Part shown: piece after piece, positions 32,301 to 40,903 of the stretch
How the letters are laid out: every line of letters begins with the position of its first letter
Position numbering within the stretch: position 1 is the stretch's first letter
NCBI GenBank assembly: GCA_963517295.1
Contig: CAUQFM010000002.1
Location: 1,735-65,734, forward strand
Length of the DNA stretch: 64,000 nt
Direction of reading: 5' to 3'
Origin: an uncultured Vagococcus sp.
GTDB lineage: Bacteria; Bacillota; Bacilli; Lactobacillales; Vagococcaceae
The notes under the pieces: model-generated
The model's input: only the letters and a program-made list of their open reading frames with translations
What the model was told of the DNA's origin: nothing
Database searches by the model: none
Position numbers and translations under genes: made by a program

Positions 32301-32374
32301 GAGAATAGTATTGATTCATTATTTAATCTTATTTCAGGATGTCCAAACATTTTACAGCTTAAGCGATTAGACAA
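29336..32374 (-). CDS. Large SARP/BTAD-type winged-helix + P-loop NTPase + TPR-like (STAND-class) transcriptional regulator
   Basis: Residues 1-95 form an OmpR/SARP-like wHTH (ASRDEVAGLLWPD...KNLRNAIYQ). Residues ~100-232 are BTAD-like. Walker A GEAGIGKS is at residues 278-285 (nt 31520-31543), with Walker B-like LLISIEDIQWMD. About 600 aa of helical repeats follow. TTG start 8 nt after AGGAGG. Confidence 0.8.
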   Translation of the reverse strand: MSNRLSCKMFGHPEIRLNNESILFSFSKIDALLYYLLVTKSASRDEVAGLLWPDKSDLSAKKNLRNAIYQANKMLGVEVISSPNKALLVLNKTIDIEIDVDSFMKETQENLSLYTDGFLKGFFLKDCEGFEIWVVKMRSFYEKKFLQECLKKIEQDIENGDLDNVEKNVYQLIHIDEFNESNYQLLMKFYQTNQRDGKVVEMYYNLSNTLKIELGITPNKQTKKIYEDSLERLNNHNNQGKQRFNSLFYGRFEELKQIETQLTSFKNSHSFLSMVISGEAGIGKSALANVVLDNIQNEVTIIETQCYQVEEKYSFRPWKKIIDNLSMIIKENKQIDPEIWEEAISKIFPNVEAHLAGAKLVERESSVNLNVLSDVLIDTINRISKEKKLLISIEDIQWMDSSSLDLLTNVMMHVSKNAIFLMTSRKANRAELDFFLNNLIQCSLLETVKLSPFTYQETNEFILKKLDNSHVTDHLVENVYKHTEGNLFFLIEYVSLLQSNSNLNTMTVKMKDALKNRFLYLTEEEQEIVNIVSYFYDYALLDDLVEILGMDSLVIVNMIESLVKKNILKELDINGEMGTTFTHIKLREFIYMNQSIGKKSIIHKKIAHYLESKIDINCVDNLLYDNISYHYKKGKDDLKALKYKLMYLEKYLGFYHELFPIDIEAQGTFKEELTFSQEKVFKQFDKIQNSLELLKVQYQGQEMFEQLTRQFLYLEGRYLIKYGEYKKGVQDIEQVINQSKDLKDSNYLLSGYKQMIYYYIQIDEPEKMIGYIELALDLSIKENNHQSIGVLLRLKGLYQIMSGNNLIAEKLLRESINTFMLTDEIAKKYAVNIAAAYNYLGEIRFNENNYSEAYEMFLKSIELCEEKNTLSSLSVFYTNAGAACFAQGKLEKAKSLLLKSRAIYEELRTFWKRPRLDAYMSLVYLQEKDYDEVKYYLDKGKEFAERMGNNRDIGIVEFGKSVVSKELVAQGEKLSDWQNWLSRDSESYAMDALNHLNQYQDAYEINFLKGIL

Positions 32375-32603
32375 TATTACTTCCTCCTAACTAGTCATTC
32401 TTGATAACAGTCGTACATTTTATCTGTTAAAACATTTACAAAATCCATTATACCTTTTTTTAGTGATAAAATAAACAAACTGTCTACAAAGAATCCCAAT
32501 TTACTGATTAAATTAATGCTTTTTTTGTGAAAGAACCGATAACAAACAAAATTATACTGTTTTTTCATTAAACGGATAATAAACAGCGTACTTTATAAGA
32601 AGT

Positions 32604-33854
32604 CTATGCAAATTTTGTGATAAAAAAGATAATAATCGGTACTGCTACAATATCAACAAATACAGCGCCACATAATGGAACTATTAAAAATGCTTTAGTT
32701 GATTTCAACTCATATTTTTCACAAATAGCACTCATGCAAACTACTGCAGTCGCTGAAATACCTAATCCCCATCCTGCAAAACCACCAGTCATTACAGCAC
32801 TATCATATGATTTCCCAAGAAAACGATAGACAATAAAAATTGAGAATAAGATAACAATCACTAGTTGGACAAATAGTAGTATCAATAAAGGCGCTGCTAA
32901 ATCAGCTAATTCCCATATTTTTAGAGTCATTGTTGCCATTGTTAAGAAAAAGGATAACCCTACTTCCATGATGATATTAACTTCTTTAAAATTCATTTCA
33001 AACATCTTTGTCTTATCATTGATATTTCTAAAAATTATTGCTAAAAACATTGCTCCTACATAATTTGGTAAAGCAAAGTTTTTAATTTCTAACATAGTGA
33101 CTAAATCTGAAATCACAATTCCACCAAACATAAAGACAAAAATAAGAGTTAAGTGGCTCAAAAAAGATTTAACTGTAAAATCTTCTTTTGTATCTATTAA
33201 TTCTTTCTTAATTTCTTTTTTACCTTCAGTGACATCATCTGTTTTTATTTCAAGTTTATTTTTTTTGATCAACCAGTTTCCAACTGGTCCACCGATTAAA
33301 CTCCCTGCAATTAAACCAAAAGTCGCAGATGCTACCGCGACAGTTGTGGCACCTTCAACACCTAAGCTTTCAGCAACAGGTCCAAAAGCTGCAGCATTCC
33401 CATGTCCACCGACTAAAGAAACCGTTCCTGCCATAACGCCAAGAACTGGATTAATTCCTAAAGCAGAAGCTAAACTTACACCCACCACATTTTGAATAAT
33501 CGCAAGAACCCAACAAGACACTAAAAAAACAATCAATAAACGGCCACCACTTTTGAGTAGCTTAAAACTTCCACCAAAACCAACACAAGTAAAAAAAGTT
33601 AACATAAAAGGTAATTGTAGGGTTATATCCATGTTTATTACCAAAACATGAGTCAATCTAAAAACCCATACGATTAATGAAAACAAGAGGCCGCCAATCA
33701 CAGGTGCCGGGATACAGAGTTTATCTAATAGCTTAATCTTATCTCTAATAAAGTACCCTAACATTAACAAAACTGCTGCTAGGGCTAACGTAGCAATCAT
33801 ATCTAACTGTAGCGTCCTAATTCCCTCAATTATTTCTACTTTCATATTATTCAC
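32604..33854 (-). CDS. gltS: Sodium/glutamate symporter
   Basis: 416-aa polytopic protein with a GltS-type N-terminus (LDMIATLALAAVLLMLGYFIRDKIKLLDKLCIPAPVIGG). Confidence 0.85.
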   Translation of the reverse strand: MNNMKVEIIEGIRTLQLDMIATLALAAVLLMLGYFIRDKIKLLDKLCIPAPVIGGLLFSLIVWVFRLTHVLVINMDITLQLPFMLTFFTCVGFGGSFKLLKSGGRLLIVFLVSCWVLAIIQNVVGVSLASALGINPVLGVMAGTVSLVGGHGNAAAFGPVAESLGVEGATTVAVASATFGLIAGSLIGGPVGNWLIKKNKLEIKTDDVTEGKKEIKKELIDTKEDFTVKSFLSHLTLIFVFMFGGIVISDLVTMLEIKNFALPNYVGAMFLAIIFRNINDKTKMFEMNFKEVNIIMEVGLSFFLTMATMTLKIWELADLAAPLLILLFVQLVIVILFSIFIVYRFLGKSYDSAVMTGGFAGWGLGISATAVVCMSAICEKYELKSTKAFLIVPLCGAVFVDIVAVPIIIFFITKFA

Positions 33855-33878
33855 AATCCTTTCTTTTTAAACGCGTTA

Positions 33879-33923
33879 AATTTATATATAAAAAGACCTT
33901 AAGAAGAAAGATATTCTCTAAAT
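33879..33923 (-). terminator. Intrinsic terminator between hutU and gltS
   Basis: Perfect 11-bp stem GACCTTAAGAA / TTCTTAAGGTC with a 17-nt loop, followed by T5 on the minus strand. Only ~25 nt separate it from the gltS ATG. Confidence 0.7.
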
Positions 33924-33963
33924 TCTTAAGGTCTCGGTAGTCTATTCTTTTCATAACAATGAC

Positions 33964-33976
33964 TTGGATAGGAAGT
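33964..33976 (+). promoter_or_regulatory. TTGGATAGGAAGT box, copy 1 (between the hutU stop and the terminator)
   Basis: Exact 13-mer also present on the minus strand at 44015-44027. Function unknown. Confidence 0.25.
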
Positions 33977-33987
33977 TCACACAAGCA

Positions 33988-36012
33988 TTATTTAAATAAA
34001 GGACGAATGGCTGCTTCTACTTTCGCGTCATCAGCAATGTAAGGAATTGTGATGTGATCTAATCCTTTACGCATTTCATTGTACTCCATTGATGTTTCAA
34101 TAGCATGAGGATTACGTGCCCAACTACGACGAGCAACTCCACCCATAGTATCCCAAGCAATAGCTGATTTAATAATTTCGTCAGTTGTTTCACTTCCGTC
34201 TAATACTAAACCGAATCCACCATTGATAGATTTACCAATACCAACACCACCACCGTTGTGTAGAGCGATTAAACTCATACCACGAGCTGCGTTACCTGCG
34301 TAACATTGTGTTGCCATATCAGCAGTAATATTACTACCATCTTTAATATTTGACGTTTCACGGAATGGAGAGTCAGTACCAGATACGTCATGGTGGTCAC
34401 GACCAATCATAACAGGTCCAATTTTTCCTTCTCTTACCATTTCATTAAATTTAAGGGCAATGTTAACACGTCCCATAGCATCTTGATAAAGAATACGAGC
34501 TTCAGTACCAACTACTAATTTATTTTCTTCAGCGTCACGAATCCAGTTATAATTATCGCGATCTTGATAGCGACGTGTTGGATCAATAACTTCCATAGCA
34601 GCTTTATCAGTTGCCATTAAATCTTCGTGTTTACGGCTTAGACATGCCCAACGGAATGGTCCATAACCATAATCAAATAACATAGGTCCCATGATGTCTT
34701 CTACATATGAAGGCCAGATAAAGCCATCTTTATCATCTATACCATTTTTAGAAATTTCTTTAATTCCAGCGTCATAGATAGCTTTCATAAATGAGTTACC
34801 ATAGTCAAAGAAATAAGTTCCTTTAGCTGTTAATGATTTGATCACTTCAAAGTGACGTTTTAATGTTTTGTCAATTTCAGCACGGAATTTATCTTGATCT
34901 TCACCTAAAAGTCTTGTTCTTTCTTCAAATGAAATACCAGCTGGACAATAACCACCTTCGTATACATTGTGACAAGAAGTTTGATCTGATAATAAGTGCA
35001 CGTGAATATCATTTTCATTAATATATTCTAATAAATCAACGATATTACCATGGAAAGCAATAGAAGTAGTTTCTTCACGGTCCATATATTCTTTCGCTAA
35101 TGTCATTGTTTGTTCTGGTGTTTCAGCTACATGAGAAATCCAGCCTTGTTCTAAACGAGTATCAATACGAGAACGGTCAACTTCTGCTACGATTGCTACA
35201 GCTTTAGCAATTTCGCCTGCTTTACCTTGAGCACCACTCATACCACCAAGTCCTGATGTAATGAATAATTTACCTCTTAAATCACCATCATCAGCTACGC
35301 CTAATTTCAAACGACCAGCATTTAATAATGTGTTAAAAGTACCATGAACGATACCTTGTGGACCAATATACATCCAACCACCCGCAGTCATTTGACCGTA
35401 GTTAGTTACACCCATTTGTTCTCCGATTTCCCAATCTTTAATATTATCATATTCACCAATTAATAAGCCGTTAGTGATGATAACACGAGGTGCATCTTTT
35501 TTAGATGAAAATAGTCCCATTGGATGTCCAGATTCAACAACTAAGGTTTGTTCATCTGTCATTTCTTCTAAGTAACTCATGATTAATTGGTATTGCATCC
35601 AGTTTGAACAAACTTGACCCGTTTCTCCGTAAGTTACTAATTCATAAGGATATAAAGCAATATCAAAATCTAAGTTATTATCAATCATAACTTGCATTGC
35701 TTTAGCAGCAACACATTTACCTTTATACTCATCAATTGGTTTTCCGTAAACACGTTTTTTTGGATACCAACGATAGCCATAAATACGGCCACGAGTTCTT
35801 AACTCTTCTAAAAATTCTGGAATTACTTCATCATGAAATTGTTCTGGTACATATCTTAAAGCATTTTTTAATGCTAATATTGTTTGCGATTCTGATAAAC
35901 GGAACCCTCTATCTGGGGCACGTCTAATACCTTCTTGAAATACCGGCATATCTGGTAATACTTCTGGCAATTTAATTGTCATTGCTTTGCTAATATCTGT
36001 GTTACTAATCAT
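33988..36012 (-). CDS. hutU: Urocanate hydratase (long ~675-aa form)
   Basis: GLGGMSGAQ, GGVGIG and YPYELVTYGETGQV motifs. AAGGAGG SD. Confidence 0.95.
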   Translation of the reverse strand: MISNTDISKAMTIKLPEVLPDMPVFQEGIRRAPDRGFRLSESQTILALKNALRYVPEQFHDEVIPEFLEELRTRGRIYGYRWYPKKRVYGKPIDEYKGKCVAAKAMQVMIDNNLDFDIALYPYELVTYGETGQVCSNWMQYQLIMSYLEEMTDEQTLVVESGHPMGLFSSKKDAPRVIITNGLLIGEYDNIKDWEIGEQMGVTNYGQMTAGGWMYIGPQGIVHGTFNTLLNAGRLKLGVADDGDLRGKLFITSGLGGMSGAQGKAGEIAKAVAIVAEVDRSRIDTRLEQGWISHVAETPEQTMTLAKEYMDREETTSIAFHGNIVDLLEYINENDIHVHLLSDQTSCHNVYEGGYCPAGISFEERTRLLGEDQDKFRAEIDKTLKRHFEVIKSLTAKGTYFFDYGNSFMKAIYDAGIKEISKNGIDDKDGFIWPSYVEDIMGPMLFDYGYGPFRWACLSRKHEDLMATDKAAMEVIDPTRRYQDRDNYNWIRDAEENKLVVGTEARILYQDAMGRVNIALKFNEMVREGKIGPVMIGRDHHDVSGTDSPFRETSNIKDGSNITADMATQCYAGNAARGMSLIALHNGGGVGIGKSINGGFGLVLDGSETTDEIIKSAIAWDTMGGVARRSWARNPHAIETSMEYNEMRKGLDHITIPYIADDAKVEAAIRPLFK

Positions 36013-36122
36013 TTTACTTCCTCCTTAAAATTATCAATAAAAAGTGCATAAATAATGTTATTACTGTTTTTTTACATAAGTAATGTTTCATTTAGGTTAT
36101 GCCATTACTATAAAACGAGATG

Positions 36123-36139
36123 GTCTATTTACTGTCTAT
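36123..36139 (-). promoter_or_regulatory. Two ATAGAC direct repeats with 11-bp phasing at the putative hutU promoter
   Basis: Minus-strand GGATAGACAGTAAATAGACC. The proximal repeat lies 10 nt upstream of TATAGT (36112-36107). There is no good -35 hexamer. Confidence 0.35.
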
Positions 36140-36247
36140 CCCTTGTATAAAATAAATATTTTTATAAAAAAACATTCTAAATAAAACGATTACAATAATT
36201 TGACAAAAATTAGTCGATAAAAAGCTACAGTAATTACGAGTAAATAT

Positions 36248-36256
36248 TGTTATAAT
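36248..36256 (+). promoter_or_regulatory. Extended -10 promoter (TGTTATAAT) of hutI
   Basis: Perfect TGnTATAAT, 33 nt upstream of the hutI ATG, followed by the AAGGAGGA SD. Confidence 0.55.
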
Positions 36257-36288
36257 ATTATTGTAAATCAAAGGAGGAAAAAAGCAAT

Positions 36289-37554
36289 ATGATAGCAGAT
36301 AAGATTTTAACAAATTTTAGCCAAATTTTTTGTCCGATTGATAATGGACAACCTTTAAAAGGTGCTGAAATGGATCAAGCAGACGTTATTGAAAACGGTT
36401 TTATTGCCATTAAAGATGGCAAAATATTAAAAGTAGCACAAGGGACACCTGAAGAATCATTAATTGGTTCTCATACAAAAATTGTTGATTATTCTGGAAA
36501 ATTAGCTTCTCCTGGTTTAATCGACTGTCATACTCATTTAGTTTATGGTGGAAGTCGTGAAAATGAATTTGCTAAAAAATTAAATGGTGTGAGCTATTTA
36601 GATATTTTAAAAGAAGGTGGCGGAATTTTAAGTACTGTTCGCTCAACTCGCTCTGCTTCTTTTGAAAACTTATACGATAAATCAAAACGCTTATTAGATC
36701 AAATGATCATTCACGGTGTGACTACTGTGGAAGCTAAAAGTGGTTATGGTTTAAACTGGGAAACAGAAAAACGTCAATTAGAAGTGGTCAAAGAATTAAA
36801 CCACAATCATCCAATTGATTTAGTTTCTACCTTCATGGCAGCACACGCAGTGCCACCTGAATTTGATGGTGACGGTGATGCGTTCATCGAAATGATTATT
36901 GCTGAGATGTTACCTCAAGTTAAAGAAGAAAACTTAGCCGAATTTTGTGATATCTTCTGTGAAACAGGTGTCTTCACTGCTAAACAATCATTCCGTTTAT
37001 TAGAAGCTGCTAAAGAATTAGGCTTCAAACTACGTATTCATGCAGACGAAATTGATTCAATCGGCGGTGTTGATGTAGCTGCAGAGTTAAACACAGTCAG
37101 TGCTGAACATTTAATGGCTGCTACTGATGAAGGAATCAAAAAAATGAGCGAAAGTGGTGTGATTGGTAACTTACTTCCAGGAACAACTTTCAGTTTAATG
37201 AAAGACACTTACGCTCCAGCTAAAAAAATGCTAGATGCTGGTATGGCAATTACCTTATCAACAGATAGTAACCCAGGAAGCTGTCCTACTTCAAATATCC
37301 AATTTATTATGCAATTAGGCTGCTTCAAAATGTACTTAACCCCAGTTCAAGTCTTCAATGCTGTAACAATTAACGCCGCTTACTCTGTTGGTTTAGGCGA
37401 TACAATTGGTAGCTTTAAAGAAGGAAAATTAGCTGATATTGCCATTTGGGATGCACCAAATGTAGACTATCCATTATACTTCTTTGCAACAAACTTAGTT
37501 GAAGATGTGTATAAACATGGTGAACTAGTTTCTAAAAATCATCAAATTCTTTAA
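36289..37554 (+). CDS. hutI: Imidazolonepropionase
   Basis: [22 protein letters not shown] and DSNPGS metal-binding motifs. AAGGAGGA SD. Confidence 0.93.
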   Translation: MIADKILTNFSQIFCPIDNGQPLKGAEMDQADVIENGFIAIKDGKILKVAQGTPEESLIGSHTKIVDYSGKLASPGLIDCHTHLVYGGSRENEFAKKLNGVSYLDILKEGGGILSTVRSTRSASFENLYDKSKRLLDQMIIHGVTTVEAKSGYGLNWETEKRQLEVVKELNHNHPIDLVSTFMAAHAVPPEFDGDGDAFIEMIIAEMLPQVKEENLAEFCDIFCETGVFTAKQSFRLLEAAKELGFKLRIHADEIDSIGGVDVAAELNTVSAEHLMAATDEGIKKMSESGVIGNLLPGTTFSLMKDTYAPAKKMLDAGMAITLSTDSNPGSCPTSNIQFIMQLGCFKMYLTPVQVFNAVTINAAYSVGLGDTIGSFKEGKLADIAIWDAPNVDYPLYFFATNLVEDVYKHGELVSKNHQIL

Positions 37555-37560
37555 TAAAAT

Positions 37561-37604
37561 AAAAAAGTCGACTATAAAATTAAAATTTTATAGTCGGCTT
37601 TTTT
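37561..37604. terminator. Bidirectional intrinsic terminator between hutI and the lipid-kinase-like gene
   Basis: 14-bp stem GTCGACTATAAAAT / ATTTTATAGTCGGC flanked by A6 and T6. Overlaps the last codons of the minus-strand gene. Confidence 0.8.
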
Positions 37605-38488
37605 ATTGGAACCATTAAATCAATCATATTTTTTTTCCACTCCAAAGTTAGAGGTAAATTTGGTCCAGGATCTCCGTCAATTCTTGATTGAACTTCTATT
37701 TTAGAATCTAAATTAATTAATTCTAACTTTTCTGCTTCTAATCTAGTAATGGCTTTTTTTCCTTTTAAATGTCCCGTAAACGCATAAGACACATAAGCCA
37801 TCGCTTTTGAGATGGTCATATTATTTAAGATATTGATATGAAACGCATTGGGATCATTTAAGGTATAGGGTAGTCCTCCCACATAAGAAGTTGTTGTTAT
37901 AAGTGTTACCCACGTTTTTAATTCTTTTTCTTCTTTCTCCGTTTTATAACGAATTAAGTACGATGTTTTATTTCCTATTTTTTTTAGAGCTTGATAGGGA
38001 TAAACAACAAGTCCATATTTTTGTTTCTCACTTTGTCTCACATCGTTTGAAATATCTGCTAGTTTACCAAATGTAAAGGAACTAATTATCGCTTGATTAT
38101 TACACTTTCCAATACTAACTTTACTCGTATTATTTTCAAGAATAACAGCTATTGCTTTTTCTGTATCCAACGGAATATTCCAACGTTTTGCAAAATTATT
38201 AATAGTTCCTCCTGGAATGATACCCAAAGGAACGGTCTGATTACTTCTAATAAAGGCAGTACCTACAATATTGAGTGTTCCATCTCCCCCAATTGCAATA
38301 ATAGCTGAAATTTCAGCCATTTTATCTATTAAAATTTGAATAGAATTTTCTGGACTGTCTCCTGTTATAAAGATCGATTCAATTTTATTATCTTTTAAAT
38401 GACTTTGGAGCGTATTAGCTTTTTTTTCTGATTCTCCATTACCTGCATTAGGATTAAACAAAATAGCGTACGGTTTCACTTTTATCAT
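37580..38488 (-). CDS. Diacylglycerol-kinase-fold lipid kinase (YegS/BmrU-like)
   Basis: AILFNPNAGNG, GGDGTLN and PGGTINNFA motifs. Confidence 0.8.
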   Translation of the reverse strand: MIKVKPYAILFNPNAGNGESEKKANTLQSHLKDNKIESIFITGDSPENSIQILIDKMAEISAIIAIGGDGTLNIVGTAFIRSNQTVPLGIIPGGTINNFAKRWNIPLDTEKAIAVILENNTSKVSIGKCNNQAIISSFTFGKLADISNDVRQSEKQKYGLVVYPYQALKKIGNKTSYLIRYKTEKEEKELKTWVTLITTTSYVGGLPYTLNDPNAFHINILNNMTISKAMAYVSYAFTGHLKGKKAITRLEAEKLELINLDSKIEVQSRIDGDPGPNLPLTLEWKKNMIDLMVPIKKPTIKF

Positions 38489-38559
38489 CCCTCCTATTGG
38501 GTTAATAGTATATAATCAATATAAAATTTTGAGATTTTTTAATTTATACTCAAATAAGC

Positions 38560-39444
38560 TTACAAACCAAAATCATCAAATTTCCCTAAAGTATGCACGT
38601 TTTCTGAAATACTCACAAAACTAGTCGGATCGCCTTCTTCAATTGCTTCTTCTAACTGATTTAATTCATATCTTGTGATAACTGTTAAAAGCACTGTTTT
38701 CTTACGATGATCATAGGCACCCTCTGCCTCATCATTTAAAACAGTTACACCTCTTAATAACCTTTTTTTAAGAGAACATATAACATCCTCAGGGTTTCTT
38801 GTAATAATTAAGACTTGCATTTTTTGTTGTTTCGTATAAACAAAATCCATTACTTTTCCACTAACAATAATTGAAATCACACTATAAAAGGCATATGGAA
38901 AACCAAATAGCGCACCGGCTGCTAAGACAATAATTCCATTGATTATCATCGAAATCGAACCAATACTTTTTCCAGTTTTCCGTCTAATTGCAATGATACC
39001 AATATCCAATCCACCTGTAGCAATGCCATTTTTTAAAGCAAGTCCCATCGATGTTCCACCAATAGCACCACCAAATAAAGCACAAATGATAGGATCTTTA
39101 GTTAAAACAATCGTTGGTACCATCTCAATGGCAATTGAGGCAAATGTTACACTAATGACAGTAAAAATAACTAATTTTTTATTCATTTTAAACCAACCAT
39201 AAATCAAAAATGGTAAGTTGATAAAGTAGTAAATAACTGACATGGAAGGTTGGAATCCAGTAAATTTCTCAAATAAAGTTGTAAATATTTGAGAAAAACC
39301 TGTGATTCCTCCCGTATAAATATTAGCTGGTCGCCAGAAAAAATTTAAGGCTATGGCATACAACATGGCATATAAAAAAGCCACCGTTAACTTATGTGTG
39401 TATTCTGATATCGTACCTTTTTCCTCGTACATCTGAGGTTTCAC
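38560..39444 (-). CDS. YitT-family membrane protein (C-terminal DUF2179-like domain)
   Basis: Five to six TM helices with YTGGITGFSQI, followed by a soluble ~80-aa tail. Confidence 0.72.
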   Translation of the reverse strand: MKPQMYEEKGTISEYTHKLTVAFLYAMLYAIALNFFWRPANIYTGGITGFSQIFTTLFEKFTGFQPSMSVIYYFINLPFLIYGWFKMNKKLVIFTVISVTFASIAIEMVPTIVLTKDPIICALFGGAIGGTSMGLALKNGIATGGLDIGIIAIRRKTGKSIGSISMIINGIIVLAAGALFGFPYAFYSVISIIVSGKVMDFVYTKQQKMQVLIITRNPEDVICSLKKRLLRGVTVLNDEAEGAYDHRKKTVLLTVITRYELNQLEEAIEEGDPTSFVSISENVHTLGKFDDFGL

Positions 39445-39460
39445 TTCTCAAAACTCCCTT

Positions 39461-40783
39461 TTATTTCTTGTTCTTACATTTACATTTTTTAGGAATATTA
39501 TCTCCAACAATCCCTTTAAAATCAGCATATAAATCACTTAGTTTAATTTCTTGTTCCACACCTGTGTCCATATTTTTCATCCGAACAACTTGTCTCTCCA
39601 ACTCATCATCCCCAATAGTCAAAGCTACTTTAGCATTTAATTTAGACGCTGTTTTAAATTGTGCTTTTGCTTTACGATTTGAGTAGTCACGTTCTGCTAC
39701 AAAGCCTTCTGCTCTAACTTTTTGAACTAATTTTAAGGTTTCAGTATTTGTTTTTTCGCCAAGACCAACCACGTATACATCAACGCCAGGAGTTGTTGGA
39801 AGTTCTACTCCTTCAGCTTCCATACTAATAATGGCACGCTCTAAACCTAAAGCATAGCCAAATGCTGCATCATGACTATCAGGACCTTCAAATTCTTTTA
39901 CAAGACCATCGTAACGTCCACCTGCACAAATAGTTGTGATTTTACCATTATATCCCGGAGCATTACTCATAATTTCAAATACAGTGTGATTGTAGTAATC
40001 TAAGCCACGAACCATGCGGTGATCTATTACATAGTCTACACCTACTGCATCTAATAATTCTTTAACCTCTTCAAAGAATTTAGCTGAATACTCATCTAAA
40101 TAATCTAAAATAGAAGGGGCATTTTCAACAATTACTTTATCTTTTTCATCTTTACTATCTAAAACACGTAATGGGTTAGTATATAAACGACGTTGTGAAT
40201 CACCACTTAATTCATCAAATTTAGGTTCTAAATATTCAATCAATGCTTTACGGTACTCCATACGACACTCTCTAGTTCCCAAAGAATTAATCACTAATTT
40301 AGTATGAGTGACACCTAATTCTTTATAAAAATCTAAAGCAGAAAGAATTCCTTCTACATCAATAGCTGGATTAGCACTACCAATCATTTCAATTCCGATT
40401 TGATGGAACTGACGGAAACGACCAAATTGGGCACGTTCATAACGAAACATCGGGCCTATGTAAAATGCTTTAAAGGGATTTTGGTGTTCTGGTCCAAATA
40501 GTTTATTTTCTACATAAGATCTAACAAGTGGCGCCGTGTTTTCAGGACGTAATGTGATATGACGTCCGCCTTTATCTTGAAAGTCATACATCTCTTTGGT
40601 CACAATATCTGTTGTATCCCCGACACCACGAGTAATGACTTCAATATGTTCAAACATTGGTGTTCTAACTTCATGAATGTCATAACGTTTAAATACATTT
40701 CTTGCCACAGTTTCTACATACTGCCACTTTTCTACCTCACCAGGTAACACGTCTGCCGTTCCTTTTGGTTTTTGATATCCCAT
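39461..40783 (-). CDS. hisS: Histidine--tRNA ligase
   Basis: [10 protein letters not shown], class II motif 2 [29 protein letters not shown], and an anticodon-binding domain. ATG 40783 preferred. Unusual [10 protein letters not shown]-terminal tail. Confidence 0.92.
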   Translation of the reverse strand: MGYQKPKGTADVLPGEVEKWQYVETVARNVFKRYDIHEVRTPMFEHIEVITRGVGDTTDIVTKEMYDFQDKGGRHITLRPENTAPLVRSYVENKLFGPEHQNPFKAFYIGPMFRYERAQFGRFRQFHQIGIEMIGSANPAIDVEGILSALDFYKELGVTHTKLVINSLGTRECRMEYRKALIEYLEPKFDELSGDSQRRLYTNPLRVLDSKDEKDKVIVENAPSILDYLDEYSAKFFEEVKELLDAVGVDYVIDHRMVRGLDYYNHTVFEIMSNAPGYNGKITTICAGGRYDGLVKEFEGPDSHDAAFGYALGLERAIISMEAEGVELPTTPGVDVYVVGLGEKTNTETLKLVQKVRAEGFVAERDYSNRKAKAQFKTASKLNAKVALTIGDDELERQVVRMKNMDTGVEQEIKLSDLYADFKGIVGDNIPKKCKCKNKK

Positions 40784-40872
40784 ATATAACACTTCCTCTT
40801 ATTATTATTGTTAAGTTTATAGTACAAAAAAAAGGGAGCCGATACAAGTCTTCCCCCCTTTTTTTGCAAATA

Positions 40873-40903
40873 AAGCCCCGAATATTTAAATATTCGGAAG
40901 CTT
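40873..40903 (-). terminator. Intrinsic terminator after hutH
   Basis: CCGAATATTT / AAATATTCGG core (10 bp) extended by G-U pairs on the minus-strand RNA, then TTTATTT. Confidence 0.65.

Noticed and set aside
29336-32374. Interpretation of the STAND NTPase + TPR protein as an Avs-like antiphage defence protein
   Set aside because: The N-terminal module is a SARP-type DNA-binding wHTH + BTAD, not a nuclease, protease or other effector. The gene is solitary, sits in a metabolic neighbourhood, and has no mobile-element context.
33924-33987. HutP-type antitermination site (UAG-N4-UAG-N4-UAG) ahead of the hutU-gltS terminator
   Set aside because: No phased UAG triplets are present, and no hutP gene is in the window.
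36074-36086. 11-mer ACATAAGTAAT shared by the hutU and hutH leaders, as a strong regulatory signal
   Set aside because: The string is almost entirely A/T, and matches of this length are expected several times by chance in A+T-rich intergenic DNA. It is kept only as a low-interest note.
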